Positions 18,285-27,441 of a DNA stretch of 34,045 nucleotides are shown here, piece after piece (within the stretch, counting starts at the first letter, position 1; the number at the start of each line of letters is the position of its first letter). The DNA is from Syntrophomonadaceae bacterium (GTDB taxonomy: Bacteria > Bacillota > Dethiobacteria > DTU022). The DNA lies in assembly GCA_007131435.1 (NCBI GenBank), contig SLQM01000188.1, forward strand, positions 1 to 34,045. Reading direction: 5' to 3'. A model generated the notes under the pieces. The model was given only the letters and a program-made list of their open reading frames with translations. It made no database searches and had not been told where the DNA came from. Made by a program: the position numbers and the translations under genes.

Positions 18285-18668
18285 ATGACCGACTGCGTAT
18301 TTTGCAACAGGGAAACACTGGATGTTGTAGCTGAAAATGACCTGGCCCTGGCTTTTTACGATGACTGCCCGGCCAGCAAGGGGCACCTGCTGGTAATCCC
18401 TAAACGCCACGTGGAAACCTATTTTGATGCCTCTGCCGATGAGCATAATGCTATCAGGGAACTCATTTTTCAGCTAAAAGCTTTTCTTGATCAAAAATAT
18501 AACCCCGATGCTTACAACATCGGGGCCAACATCGGCCATTTCGCAGGCCAAACAGTTTTTCATTTCCACATGCATATCATTCCACGCTACGAGGGAGATG
18601 TTAAAGACCCGCGCGGCGGGGTTAGAAAAGTTATTCCCACCCGCAGCTGCCATCGACATCGCAGGTAA
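18285..18668 (+). CDS. HIT family nucleotide hydrolase
   Basis: [15 protein letters not shown] and [15 protein letters not shown] (histidine triad). Confidence 0.93.
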   Translation: MTDCVFCNRETLDVVAENDLALAFYDDCPASKGHLLVIPKRHVETYFDASADEHNAIRELIFQLKAFLDQKYNPDAYNIGANIGHFAGQTVFHFHMHIIPRYEGDVKDPRGGVRKVIPTRSCHRHRR

Positions 18669-20523
18669 ATTTTTTCCCTGCCTCTGAAACAGAAAAATCA
18701 AGGGCAGAGAGAAGATAGGCAAACCCGGTAGGATAGCGATCTACCCTGTCAAGCTGGGCAATAATCAGGCTAATTCCTTTTTCCTCCAGCTTGCTGTCCT
18801 GGAACATTCTACCTAGCTGCAGCAAGTTCATAGCCGCTACTGAAACTCCTGATGGAGTAGCGCCATCATAGGCCTCCGCTTTTTCGGCAAAATCACTTTC
18901 GCCTTCACTATGGGCAGCATAATTTAGAAAACCATCGCTCCTGTCAAAAAGCTCCAGCATTTTCCTGCCGAGCGTTTCAGCCTGATCAAGATACTCTTTT
19001 TCTCCACCGGCCTTGTATATTTCAAGCATCCCCCAGGCCAGGTTTGCATAGTCATCAAGGAAAGCATCAATAGCTGCTTCGCCTTCACGGTAACGCCGCA
19101 CAAGACGCCCGTCGGGCAGGGCCATCCTGTCCAAAATGAAGGAGGCAGCTTTTTTAGCCGTTTCAAGGTATTCCTTATCTTCAAGCACAACGGAGCCCCT
19201 GGCCAGGGCGGCAATTAACATTCCATTCCAGGAAGTTATAATTTTATCATCAAGAAACGGTCTTTCGCGCTTGCCGCGGGCAGATAACAGCTTCTCCCGG
19301 GCACCTTCAAGGATGGCATCTAACTCTTCAACTGTCATACCTTTTGCTTTTGCGAACTCATGATCATCATACTGCCTGTGCATAATACTTCTATTCCCCT
19401 CGAAATTGCCGTTCCCGGTAACCCCGAAATATTCATTAACCAGGATTGCCTTTTCACTGCCCAGAATACGAACTATTTCTTCAGGGCGCCAGACATAAAA
19501 AGTCCCCTCTTCACCTTCACTGTCTGCATCTTCTGCAGCATAGTAAGCCCCTTCTTCAGATTGCATATCCCTGTTAAGGTAAGAAAATATTTTTCGGGCA
19601 AACAGGGCCATTTCCGGTTCGCCGGATGCCCTGAAAGCTTCAAGCGCTGCTAAGGCTATAAGAGACTGGTCGTAGAGCATTTTTTCAAAGTGTGGGACCA
19701 GCCATTTTTCATCTACCGAATACCTGTGCAGGCCAAACCCTAACTGGTCAAAAATTCCTCCGCGGTGAATTTTTCGCAGGGTTTCTAAAACCATATCTCT
19801 TGCCTCTTGTTTTCCTGACCTCTTCCAGTAGCGCAGTAAAAATAGCAATTGATGAGGCGCTGGAAACTTGGGGGCACTACCAAAACCCCCGTAATCACTA
19901 TCATAGCTTTTCTTAAAGCTTTGATAGGCTCTATCTAAAAGATCGGCAGCCGGCAGTTCTTCTAAACTGCTTACTTTTTTTACCTGCCCACCATCATCGG
20001 CTGACATTTTTCGCAGGGCATCTACCAGTTCATCTGCTGCCTTAACCACCCTGTCACGATCTTCTTCCCAAAATTCTTTTAAACGGGGCAGTATCTCCAT
20101 TAACCCGTTTATTCCGTACCTGGAAGTTTTGGGGAAAAAAGTTCCAGCATAAAATGGTTTCTTTTCTGGGGTCAGAAATACAGTTAAAGGCCAGCCTCCC
20201 TGCCCGGTAAGCGCCTGGCATGCCGCCATGTACTTTTGATCAATATCCGGCCTTTCTTCACGGTCAACTTTTACCGGGACAAAATACTTGTTTATCAAAC
20301 CTGCTACTTCGACATCTTCAAATGAATCCTTCTCCATCACATGACACCAGTGACAGGTTGAATATCCTACACTGAGGAAAACGGGCTTATTTTCTTTCTT
20401 TGCTTTTACAAAAGCCTCTTCACCCCAGGGATACCAGTCAACGGGATTGTAAGCATGCTGAAGCAGGTATGGTGATCTTTCATTTATCAAGCGGTTTGCT
20501 TTTTTACTATTACTGCTATTCAT
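18631..20523 (-). CDS. Thioredoxin-domain protein YyaL/SPATA20 (DUF255)
   Basis: [51 protein letters not shown] and [10 protein letters not shown] motifs. Confidence 0.92.
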   Translation of the reverse strand: MNSSNSKKANRLINERSPYLLQHAYNPVDWYPWGEEAFVKAKKENKPVFLSVGYSTCHWCHVMEKDSFEDVEVAGLINKYFVPVKVDREERPDIDQKYMAACQALTGQGGWPLTVFLTPEKKPFYAGTFFPKTSRYGINGLMEILPRLKEFWEEDRDRVVKAADELVDALRKMSADDGGQVKKVSSLEELPAADLLDRAYQSFKKSYDSDYGGFGSAPKFPAPHQLLFLLRYWKRSGKQEARDMVLETLRKIHRGGIFDQLGFGLHRYSVDEKWLVPHFEKMLYDQSLIALAALEAFRASGEPEMALFARKIFSYLNRDMQSEEGAYYAAEDADSEGEEGTFYVWRPEEIVRILGSEKAILVNEYFGVTGNGNFEGNRSIMHRQYDDHEFAKAKGMTVEELDAILEGAREKLLSARGKRERPFLDDKIITSWNGMLIAALARGSVVLEDKEYLETAKKAASFILDRMALPDGRLVRRYREGEAAIDAFLDDYANLAWGMLEIYKAGGEKEYLDQAETLGRKMLELFDRSDGFLNYAAHSEGESDFAEKAEAYDGATPSGVSVAAMNLLQLGRMFQDSKLEEKGISLIIAQLDRVDRYPTGFAYLLSALDFSVSEAGKKFTCDVDGSCGWE

Positions 20524-20796
20524 TATTTAGCAACTCCTATTATTTAGACTTAATTTATAGAAACTATCTATTTAGTACATTCCCATAAAATTTTTATAAT
20601 ATTTCCTATAGACTTAGTATATTATAGCACATTATCAACTTTAAAAAAAGTGATCAAAATATGCAGTTTTTCGCAAATAAAAAAGAGGGTTTTGAGGTAT
20701 AATAATTAATAATAGTTGTCACCCGCTTGACTTCAGAATTCTTACTCACATACCAGAAGGCGGTTCTGATCACAATAATCACCTGGAGAGATTTTA

Positions 20797-22995
20797 TTGT
20801 ATCGCTTAACGAGGAACCTTTACATGCTTTCTTTTATAACAATCATTATCCTCTTCAGCGGATGGTATTATCAGCATTATTCAACTAACAGAAGCATGCA
20901 TGAAAATGCCAGGAACATGGCAGAACTATCAGCCAAATCTATCAGCGATGACATTAGTGGCTACCTGACTGTTCAAGCAAGGTTAATAGAAGCTGCTGCA
21001 ATATTTATTTCACTTAACCAGTGGGATGATGATCAGATTTTTGCATACCTGAATTCACTTTTAGAAACAAGTGACCATTTTGTTTCAATTTATTTTGGGA
21101 CTACCGATAACAGCATGATTAATGCCAATGGCTGGAAAACTCCGGCAGGGTTTGACTTAAGCCAAAGGTCTTGGTACATAAAAGCACAAGAGCATGGACA
21201 GACCGTTTTTACTGAAGCATTCATTAATGCCAGTCTTGATAAAATTATTGTCACTGTAGCCTGCCCCGTATACTTCCAGCAGGATCAATTCGCCGGAGTG
21301 GTGGGTGGAGATATTTATATGTCCACTATTACTGAAATTGTCACAGAACGCAACGGCAGCAATGCCGGGTTTGCATTTCTTGTTGATATCAGGGGTAATA
21401 TATTAGCCCACCCTGAGATTGAATATAGCCCCGGTACTGATTTTATAAAAATTTCAGACTACTACAGCGAATATGCTGCACTTAATGGGAACAGCAAGCT
21501 GGATGAGTACACCATCCTGGTAGATGAACAGGAAGGTTATCTCTCCTACTTGCCTGTCAGTGATACTGACTGGTATCTTGCTTCATTTATGCCTTACAGT
21601 GATTTAGCTCCTGCAGTTGATCAAATGACTGTTAAAGCAGTAATGGCCGGCATTGCTATTGTGCTGGTCTTCATGCTTTTTGTTCTTTATTCGCACTTAT
21701 ATGTTTACAGGCCTTTGCTAATTTTTGAAAATAACTTAAAAAAAATAAATGTGGAAGCAGATCCCTCTTACAGGCTCCCTGTCAATAAAAACAGTGAACT
21801 ATCAACCCTTGGAAATTCTATCAATAATGTGCTACAAAAGGTACAAAGCTACCTTACCACCCTGGAGGAAAAAGAAAAATCGCTAAAAAAAGCCAACAGG
21901 GAGTTAAAAACATTAATTGAACAGTTAAGTACTGCCGAAGAAGCTCTTGACTACAGCGAAGAAAGACTATACTACCTCAGTTACCATGACCAGCTGACAG
22001 GCCTCTACAATCGCTTCTTTTTTGAAGCAAAACTGAGGTATCTCAGCCAGAAGCCAGAATACCCAGTAACAATTATATCCGCTGATATTGATGGCTTAAA
22101 GCTGATTAATGATACTATCGGTCAGAGCGCAGGAAACAGCCTGCTCAAAGCATGTGCAAATCTTATCAGCGATGCGCTTGACGGTGAGGGAATACTGGCC
22201 CGGGTAGGAGGAGACGAGTTTTCAGTAATTCTACCGCTTGTCAACAAGGAAGAGGGCGAAAGAGTGGCCCGCCAGATTCGCTACCAGCTTTATCTTTACA
22301 ACCAGGAACATGTTAACTTACCTCTCAGCCTTTCTCTTGGCGTTGCCACGGCAGAAAACAGCAGCACTTCCTTGAAACTTCTTTTCAAACTGGCTGATGA
22401 TCAAATGTTCAAGAACAAGCTGCATCGTAGTAAAAGCGCCCGCAATGGTATTGTTCAAAGCTTGATTAGAACTCTGGCTGAAAGAGATTTTTTCACTGAA
22501 GGCCATGCTGTCAGACTTGAAAAGTTATGCCTGAAGGTTGGTGAAAAAATGGGGTTATCATCACGACAACTTTCCGACCTGGCACTGCTGGCCCAGGTAC
22601 ATGACCTGGGAAAGGTGGGAATACCGGATAAAATTCTCTTTAAATCAGGACCTTTAAGTGAAGAAGAGTGGCAGCTTATGAAGGAACACTCTGAAAAAGG
22701 ATACCGCATTGCATCTTCGTCCACCGATATGCAGGATGTTGCTGAGCTAATTTTGAAGCACCACGAAAACTGGGATGGCAGTGGCTATCCTTTAGGGCTT
22801 AAAGGTGAGGTAATACCTGTTGAATGCCGTATTTTTGCAGTTATAGATGCCTATGATGCCATGACAAATGAACGACCATATAAAAAATCTTTAAGTCATG
22901 AGGAAGCTATTCAAGAACTGGAAGCTTGCGCTGGAAACCAGTTTGATCCCAATATTGTGAAGGTATTTGTTCAACTTTTGACTAATAGACATTAA
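20797..22995 (+). CDS. Membrane sensor: dCache - HAMP-like - GGDEF - HD-GYP cyclic-dinucleotide signalling protein
   Basis: Two TM segments flanking a Cache domain (RSWYIKA, TEAFIN); DQLTGLYNR...RVGGDEF; HDLGK...HHENWDGSGYP. Confidence 0.9.
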   Translation: MYRLTRNLYMLSFITIIILFSGWYYQHYSTNRSMHENARNMAELSAKSISDDISGYLTVQARLIEAAAIFISLNQWDDDQIFAYLNSLLETSDHFVSIYFGTTDNSMINANGWKTPAGFDLSQRSWYIKAQEHGQTVFTEAFINASLDKIIVTVACPVYFQQDQFAGVVGGDIYMSTITEIVTERNGSNAGFAFLVDIRGNILAHPEIEYSPGTDFIKISDYYSEYAALNGNSKLDEYTILVDEQEGYLSYLPVSDTDWYLASFMPYSDLAPAVDQMTVKAVMAGIAIVLVFMLFVLYSHLYVYRPLLIFENNLKKINVEADPSYRLPVNKNSELSTLGNSINNVLQKVQSYLTTLEEKEKSLKKANRELKTLIEQLSTAEEALDYSEERLYYLSYHDQLTGLYNRFFFEAKLRYLSQKPEYPVTIISADIDGLKLINDTIGQSAGNSLLKACANLISDALDGEGILARVGGDEFSVILPLVNKEEGERVARQIRYQLYLYNQEHVNLPLSLSLGVATAENSSTSLKLLFKLADDQMFKNKLHRSKSARNGIVQSLIRTLAERDFFTEGHAVRLEKLCLKVGEKMGLSSRQLSDLALLAQVHDLGKVGIPDKILFKSGPLSEEEWQLMKEHSEKGYRIASSSTDMQDVAELILKHHENWDGSGYPLGLKGEVIPVECRIFAVIDAYDAMTNERPYKKSLSHEEAIQELEACAGNQFDPNIVKVFVQLLTNRH

Positions 22996-23106
22996 GAAAA
23001 CAATGATGGTTATACGGCCCTTATAATATGTCATAATAATATTCGGAGTTATTAATTCAGAAAGTTCACCAGTAACCAAAAGTTACTGGGTTCACATTGA
23101 AGCAAA

Positions 23107-23131
23107 AGGGCAGGGATACAACCCCTGCCCT
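23107..23131. terminator. Intrinsic terminator
   Basis: AGGGCAGGG-atacaac-CCCTGCCCT, followed by a T-run on the minus strand just after the ZIP gene stop. Confidence 0.7.
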
Positions 23132-23141
23132 GGTCATGTAT

Positions 23142-23882
23142 TTAAATAACAGACAAGAGCAAGATACCGGCGATTGTGCCGAAAACGGCTCCAAAAGTTC
23201 CTGAATAACCCTTTTCCGAATTTTGGGCACCCGGGATCAGCTCACCAAAAATAATATACAACATGGCTCCCCCGGCAAATCCAAGAGCCAGGGATAAGAA
23301 AAAGGGCGAGACAGCGCCGATGCTGGCACCGATGAAAGCGCCCAGCCCCATGGGAACACCGGCCATTGCCGTGTAAAGTAATATGCCACGCAGGCGCATT
23401 CCGCCTGCGCACAGGGGGCAGGCCATGGCGATGCCCTCGGGTATATTATGCAGTGCAATTGTAACTGCCAGGGTAAATCCTAAAGCCGGCGAAGCCACGT
23501 AACTTGCCCCGATAGCTATCCCTTCGGGCAGGTTATGCATGGCAATTCCCAACCCCAGTATAGTCCCGGCCCTCAGAAAACGGGACATTTCCTCTGTTGC
23601 TTCAAAAAAGTGAAAGTGGGGCATTTTTAAATCAAGGAGCAGGATAAATAATGCGCCAACCACAAGCCCGGTAAAAGCCAAAAAGAAGTTACCGGCCTCA
23701 ATTGATTCAGGCAGTAGGTCGGTAAGCACTATCGCCAGCATAATACCCCCGGCGAATCCCAGGATAAACCCGAGCACAGCCTTACTCGGCTGCCTGAAAA
23801 AGAGCGAAATAAAAGCTCCTGAACCGGTTCCGATAACCCCGGCCCCCAGGCCAATTAGAGTAATCTGTAAAATATCGTTCAT
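23142..23882 (-). CDS. ZIP family (ZupT/GufA) divalent metal transporter
   Basis: GFAGGIML, MHNLPEG, LHNIPEG and GAMLYI..ELIP; start ATG 23882 after GGGGG. Confidence 0.92.
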   Translation of the reverse strand: MNDILQITLIGLGAGVIGTGSGAFISLFFRQPSKAVLGFILGFAGGIMLAIVLTDLLPESIEAGNFFLAFTGLVVGALFILLLDLKMPHFHFFEATEEMSRFLRAGTILGLGIAMHNLPEGIAIGASYVASPALGFTLAVTIALHNIPEGIAMACPLCAGGMRLRGILLYTAMAGVPMGLGAFIGASIGAVSPFFLSLALGFAGGAMLYIIFGELIPGAQNSEKGYSGTFGAVFGTIAGILLLSVI

Positions 23883-23921
23883 TTTTTCAATCCCCCTATA
23901 ATACAATCCTTACAACTGCTG

Positions 23922-23950
23922 ATTATACACAAACAATAGTTAGTTGTAAA
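23922..23950 (-). promoter_or_regulatory. SigA promoter of the ZIP transporter gene
   Basis: TTTACA, 17-nt spacer ending in TGTG, TATAAT. Confidence 0.65.
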
Positions 23951-24256
23951 TAACTTTTTTCAGATAAGTTGTTAATAAATCTTAAAATCCATTCCACAAA
24001 AATGCCTTTTTCTAAGCTTATACTAAAACGGTATTATATATGGGAGGTAAAAAATGAAAACTAAAATTTTGGCCATAGCACTTTCCGGGTTTCTTATTTA
24101 ATCAATTTCAAATCAATTTCAATAACACCCATTTATGAAGGATTGTCAATGATATTATAGCATTATCAGTGAATACCTGTTGAGGGTCCAGCGGCAAACG
24201 CTGCTGTTTTGACGAGCGGTTTGAACTGAAATTGCAAACAACTCCTTTCAGGCACT

Positions 24257-25093
24257 TTAACTATTTTCCTTTGGCGCAGACGGATAGACCGGGCCGGGAC
24301 TGTATTCCACGCTTGGCCTGGAGGTTCGCGGTTGCGGGAACATGCTCATCAGGCTGTATATTTCGCCCGGCATATCGGTATTAACATTGATGCCCATTTC
24401 GGCAATCTGGTCTACATCGATTGGGTAATCGTGGGTCCAGGTTCCCTGGGTCAACTTGTCTGCTGTCGTCTCTGCCTTTTCATCATCCATGTGCTTGGCT
24501 AGCAGCTTTTGAACGGTTATTTTAACTTGCTGTAGGGCTTTGCCTGCCACATCGGCCAGGATAACTGTCTGGTCGTCAATATCCTTGATCGGCTTAGTTT
24601 CCATTACCTTGATCAGCGAGGCGGCGGGGTACTGTCCCAACTGGGGGTCGAGGGGACCTAAAACAGCGTTCTGATCCATTACCAGTTCATCAGCAGCAAG
24701 GGCTATTAAGGTGCCTCCTGACATGGAATAGTGGGGCACAAAAACGGTCACCTTGCCTTCATGACGCAGAAGCGCTTCCGCGATCTGTTCAGATGCTAAT
24801 ACCAGGCCACCGGGGGTATGGATAATTAAATCAATTGGGCAGTCTTTACAGGTAAGGCGAATAGCCGTTAAAACCTGTTCGGAATCTTCGATATTGATGT
24901 AGCGGGTTAACGGAATGCCAAGAATGCTTAAAGCTTCCTGGCGGTGGATAAGAGTGATTACCCTGCTTCCGCGCTTTTTTTCAAGCTCAACCATCTTGCG
25001 GGTGCGCGCCGAGCGCAGCAACTGCTGCTGCAGGTAGGGTGTTAAAGCAGAGATGATGATAAATATCCAGAACAACTGAGACAGGTTTTCCAA
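24257..25093 (-). CDS. SDH-family (DUF114) ClpP-fold serine protease with an N-terminal TM segment
   Basis: VITLIHRQE, HTPGG, PHYSMSGGTLIALAAD, LGPLDPQ and WTHDYPI; AAGGAG RBS before TTG. Confidence 0.88.
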   Translation of the reverse strand: MENLSQLFWIFIIISALTPYLQQQLLRSARTRKMVELEKKRGSRVITLIHRQEALSILGIPLTRYINIEDSEQVLTAIRLTCKDCPIDLIIHTPGGLVLASEQIAEALLRHEGKVTVFVPHYSMSGGTLIALAADELVMDQNAVLGPLDPQLGQYPAASLIKVMETKPIKDIDDQTVILADVAGKALQQVKITVQKLLAKHMDDEKAETTADKLTQGTWTHDYPIDVDQIAEMGINVNTDMPGEIYSLMSMFPQPRTSRPSVEYSPGPVYPSAPKENS

Positions 25094-25162
25094 TTCAACT
25101 CACTCCTTATACTTTTCACTGCACCAAGTCAATAGTCATGCCAGCCCATTCCAAAGAATGCG

Positions 25163-25840
25163 CTAACAGTAATCGCGCCAGCACTCCCAGAAGGGATCTG
25201 CCTTGTAGATCCTCTTGGGGCGCAGGAATAATACTAACACCAACCCTAAAAAGAAGCCGCCGATATGGGCCCACCAGGCAATGCCTGCCACATCGATAAA
25301 AACATAGAAAAACTGCAGAATAATCCAGTAGCCGAGGTAGATGGGAACAGGTAGCCAGAAGAAAAAAAATATAAATGGTGGAATGATTGTTAAAACACGT
25401 GCTCCAGGGAAGAGCAGCAGGTAAGCCCCGAGTATTCCTGAAACTGCCCCGGAAGCACCAACCATGGGGATAATGCTATCAGGAAGAGCAAATCCCTGGG
25501 TCAGCGCTGCTGCCACGCCGGATAGCAGGTAGAGCAGCGTAAATTTACGAAAACCCAGGCGCCCTTCCACCGCCGGGCCGAAAACCCACAAAAACCAAAC
25601 GTTGCTCAAGAGGTGCATAAACGAGCCGTGCACGAACATGCTCGAAAATATGGTGTAGAATTCACCCACCGGGTTCTGAAAAAAAGCGTAAGGGATGAAG
25701 CCAAAAGCATAAAAAATATCGGCTTGCAGTTCGATACCCAGGGAAAACTGGTAAAAGAAAACAAGGCCGTTTAAAACAATCAGGCCAATTGTAGCTATAG
25801 TGGCGCCATGATAAGTTATGGTATCGCGCAGGGGAAACAT
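25163..25840 (-). CDS. Rhomboid family intramembrane serine protease
   Basis: MFPLRD, SMFVHGSFMHLLSN, GASGA and WAHIGGF motifs. Confidence 0.93.
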   Translation of the reverse strand: MFPLRDTITYHGATIATIGLIVLNGLVFFYQFSLGIELQADIFYAFGFIPYAFFQNPVGEFYTIFSSMFVHGSFMHLLSNVWFLWVFGPAVEGRLGFRKFTLLYLLSGVAAALTQGFALPDSIIPMVGASGAVSGILGAYLLLFPGARVLTIIPPFIFFFFWLPVPIYLGYWIILQFFYVFIDVAGIAWWAHIGGFFLGLVLVLFLRPKRIYKADPFWECWRDYC

Positions 25841-26134
25841 TTAAAGGGACCTGCCTTTCTATTGCACTTTAAAAGCCTAACGATTTTTATTATATCATAA
25901 TGCCCTACTGGGAGATAATGATCGAAGGAAAGATATAAGTCAATAGATTTGTGATATGATATAGCAAACTTTATAAACAGTCCTTCCTCGGCAGGGAGGG
26001 CAGTTTTTTGTATACTGTGACAGGAGCAATCTTCTTGATGAGAATATTCCCCCATCGGAAGAATGTCTCCTGAATGAACAATAAGGTGACATCTGTGAAT
26101 CACCAGTAATAGAAAGAATCTTATTTAAAGGGGT

Positions 26135-27382
26135 TTGAACAATATCTTTAGTTTTGTCTTAGAAATAGCTCTGCTTTTTGCCCTGGGCTTAATCGGCTGG
26201 TTCCTTCTATCCTTAGTCCGCATGCCTGCATCAGAGGTTTTAGGGCCAGCCCTGCTGATCGGGGCTCTGAGGGTAATGGAAATTGACCTGCCCACTTCTC
26301 CCGGCTTCCTCTTCCAGGGCGCACAGGTAGTAATCGGTATTTTTGTCGGTTCCATGCTGACCAGGGGTACCCTGCGTGAACTAAAGCCAATGGCCCTATC
26401 GGCAATGATTATAGTATCCTGGGCACTTTCTATTGTCTTCTTTATCGGTTTTGCCCTTTCCCGCTATTCCGAACTGGATCTCTACACTGCCATGCTTTCT
26501 GCCAGCATGGGTGGTCTGCCTGAGATTACAGTGATTGCCATCGCCTCGGGAGCAGGAGTGGCTGTAATCGTGATCATGCAACTACTGCGACTGCTGGGCA
26601 CCATATTTATCTTCCCGCTGGTACTGGGTCACATTGACAAAAAAGATAATATGTCAAAAAAAGAAAACTTCGGAGGCTTACCAGGAAAGACTCTTAACCG
26701 CTCTGCTTGCAAGAATGATATTGAAATTAAAAAGGATAGCAACAGAGATCTGGAAGAAAAAGCTAAAAGGGGAAAAATCAGTAATGCTGGTATAAATGCT
26801 AGTTTTATTACATATTACGAAAAGTTAACGGCTCATTTCACTTACGAAAAGCTGGCACATTTTATTTATTCCATCAGGGAGTCCTGGTTACGGGTTATCG
26901 TTACCCTGGTTATCGCTTCGGCGGGAGGTGTTCTGGTTGAGTGGATTGGGGTTCCGGCCGGCCTATTAGTTGGCTCCACCGTTTTTGTCGGCACAGCCTC
27001 TGTTCTTGGGGTACCGGTCAGCAGACTTTCAACCACTCTTTTTAACTTATTGCTGGTCTTGATCGGCATTACAATCGCCGACATCGTTACCCCTGATACT
27101 TTCGCCCCAATGGGCGAAGCAGCTTTTTTGGTACCGATCCTGCTGGCAACAGCCTTCATGTTTGCCACCTCTTTTTTAGTGGCTTGGATAATTTACCGGA
27201 TAACCAGCTGGGATTTTGCTACCAGCTTTCTGGCCGCGGCCCCGGGTGGTTTCACGGTTATGACCGCCCTGGCGATCAAGTATAACCGCGATCCCTTTAA
27301 AGTTTCGATGCTACATCTCTGCAGGCTGCTGTCGATCAACATTTTCATTCCGCTGGTCTTCATGTTTTTGATGAGGCGCTAA
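26135..27382 (+). CDS. Membrane AbrB family protein (duplicated domain), putative regulator/transporter
   Basis: Two TM repeats with GG(L/F)...M/H..RL motifs (SMGGLPEI...QLLRL; APGGFTVM...HLCRL) separated by a long hydrophilic linker; exact start uncertain. Confidence 0.82.
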   Translation: MNNIFSFVLEIALLFALGLIGWFLLSLVRMPASEVLGPALLIGALRVMEIDLPTSPGFLFQGAQVVIGIFVGSMLTRGTLRELKPMALSAMIIVSWALSIVFFIGFALSRYSELDLYTAMLSASMGGLPEITVIAIASGAGVAVIVIMQLLRLLGTIFIFPLVLGHIDKKDNMSKKENFGGLPGKTLNRSACKNDIEIKKDSNRDLEEKAKRGKISNAGINASFITYYEKLTAHFTYEKLAHFIYSIRESWLRVIVTLVIASAGGVLVEWIGVPAGLLVGSTVFVGTASVLGVPVSRLSTTLFNLLLVLIGITIADIVTPDTFAPMGEAAFLVPILLATAFMFATSFLVAWIIYRITSWDFATSFLAAAPGGFTVMTALAIKYNRDPFKVSMLHLCRLLSINIFIPLVFMFLMRR

Positions 27383-27384
27383 AA

Positions 27385-27412
27385 CGCGCCGTGAGAATAA
27401 TCTCACGGCGCG
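27385..27412. terminator. Hairpin, probable bidirectional terminator
   Basis: CGCGCCGTGAGA-ataa-TCTCACGGCGCG, 12-bp perfect stem between convergent abrB and fdhF. Confidence 0.75.
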
Positions 27413-27441
27413 CATTAATAATCACTCCCGATAACCAACAC

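Noticed and set aside
24142-24256. TGT-TGA (CU) motif on the + strand and a short RBS-led minus-strand ORF
   Set aside because: The CU frame has no convincing RBS-led start, and the minus-strand peptide resembles nothing I recognise
25816-26103. 95-aa - strand ORF upstream of the rhomboid gene
   Set aside because: No convincing RBS, no family features, and it spans a divergent promoter region
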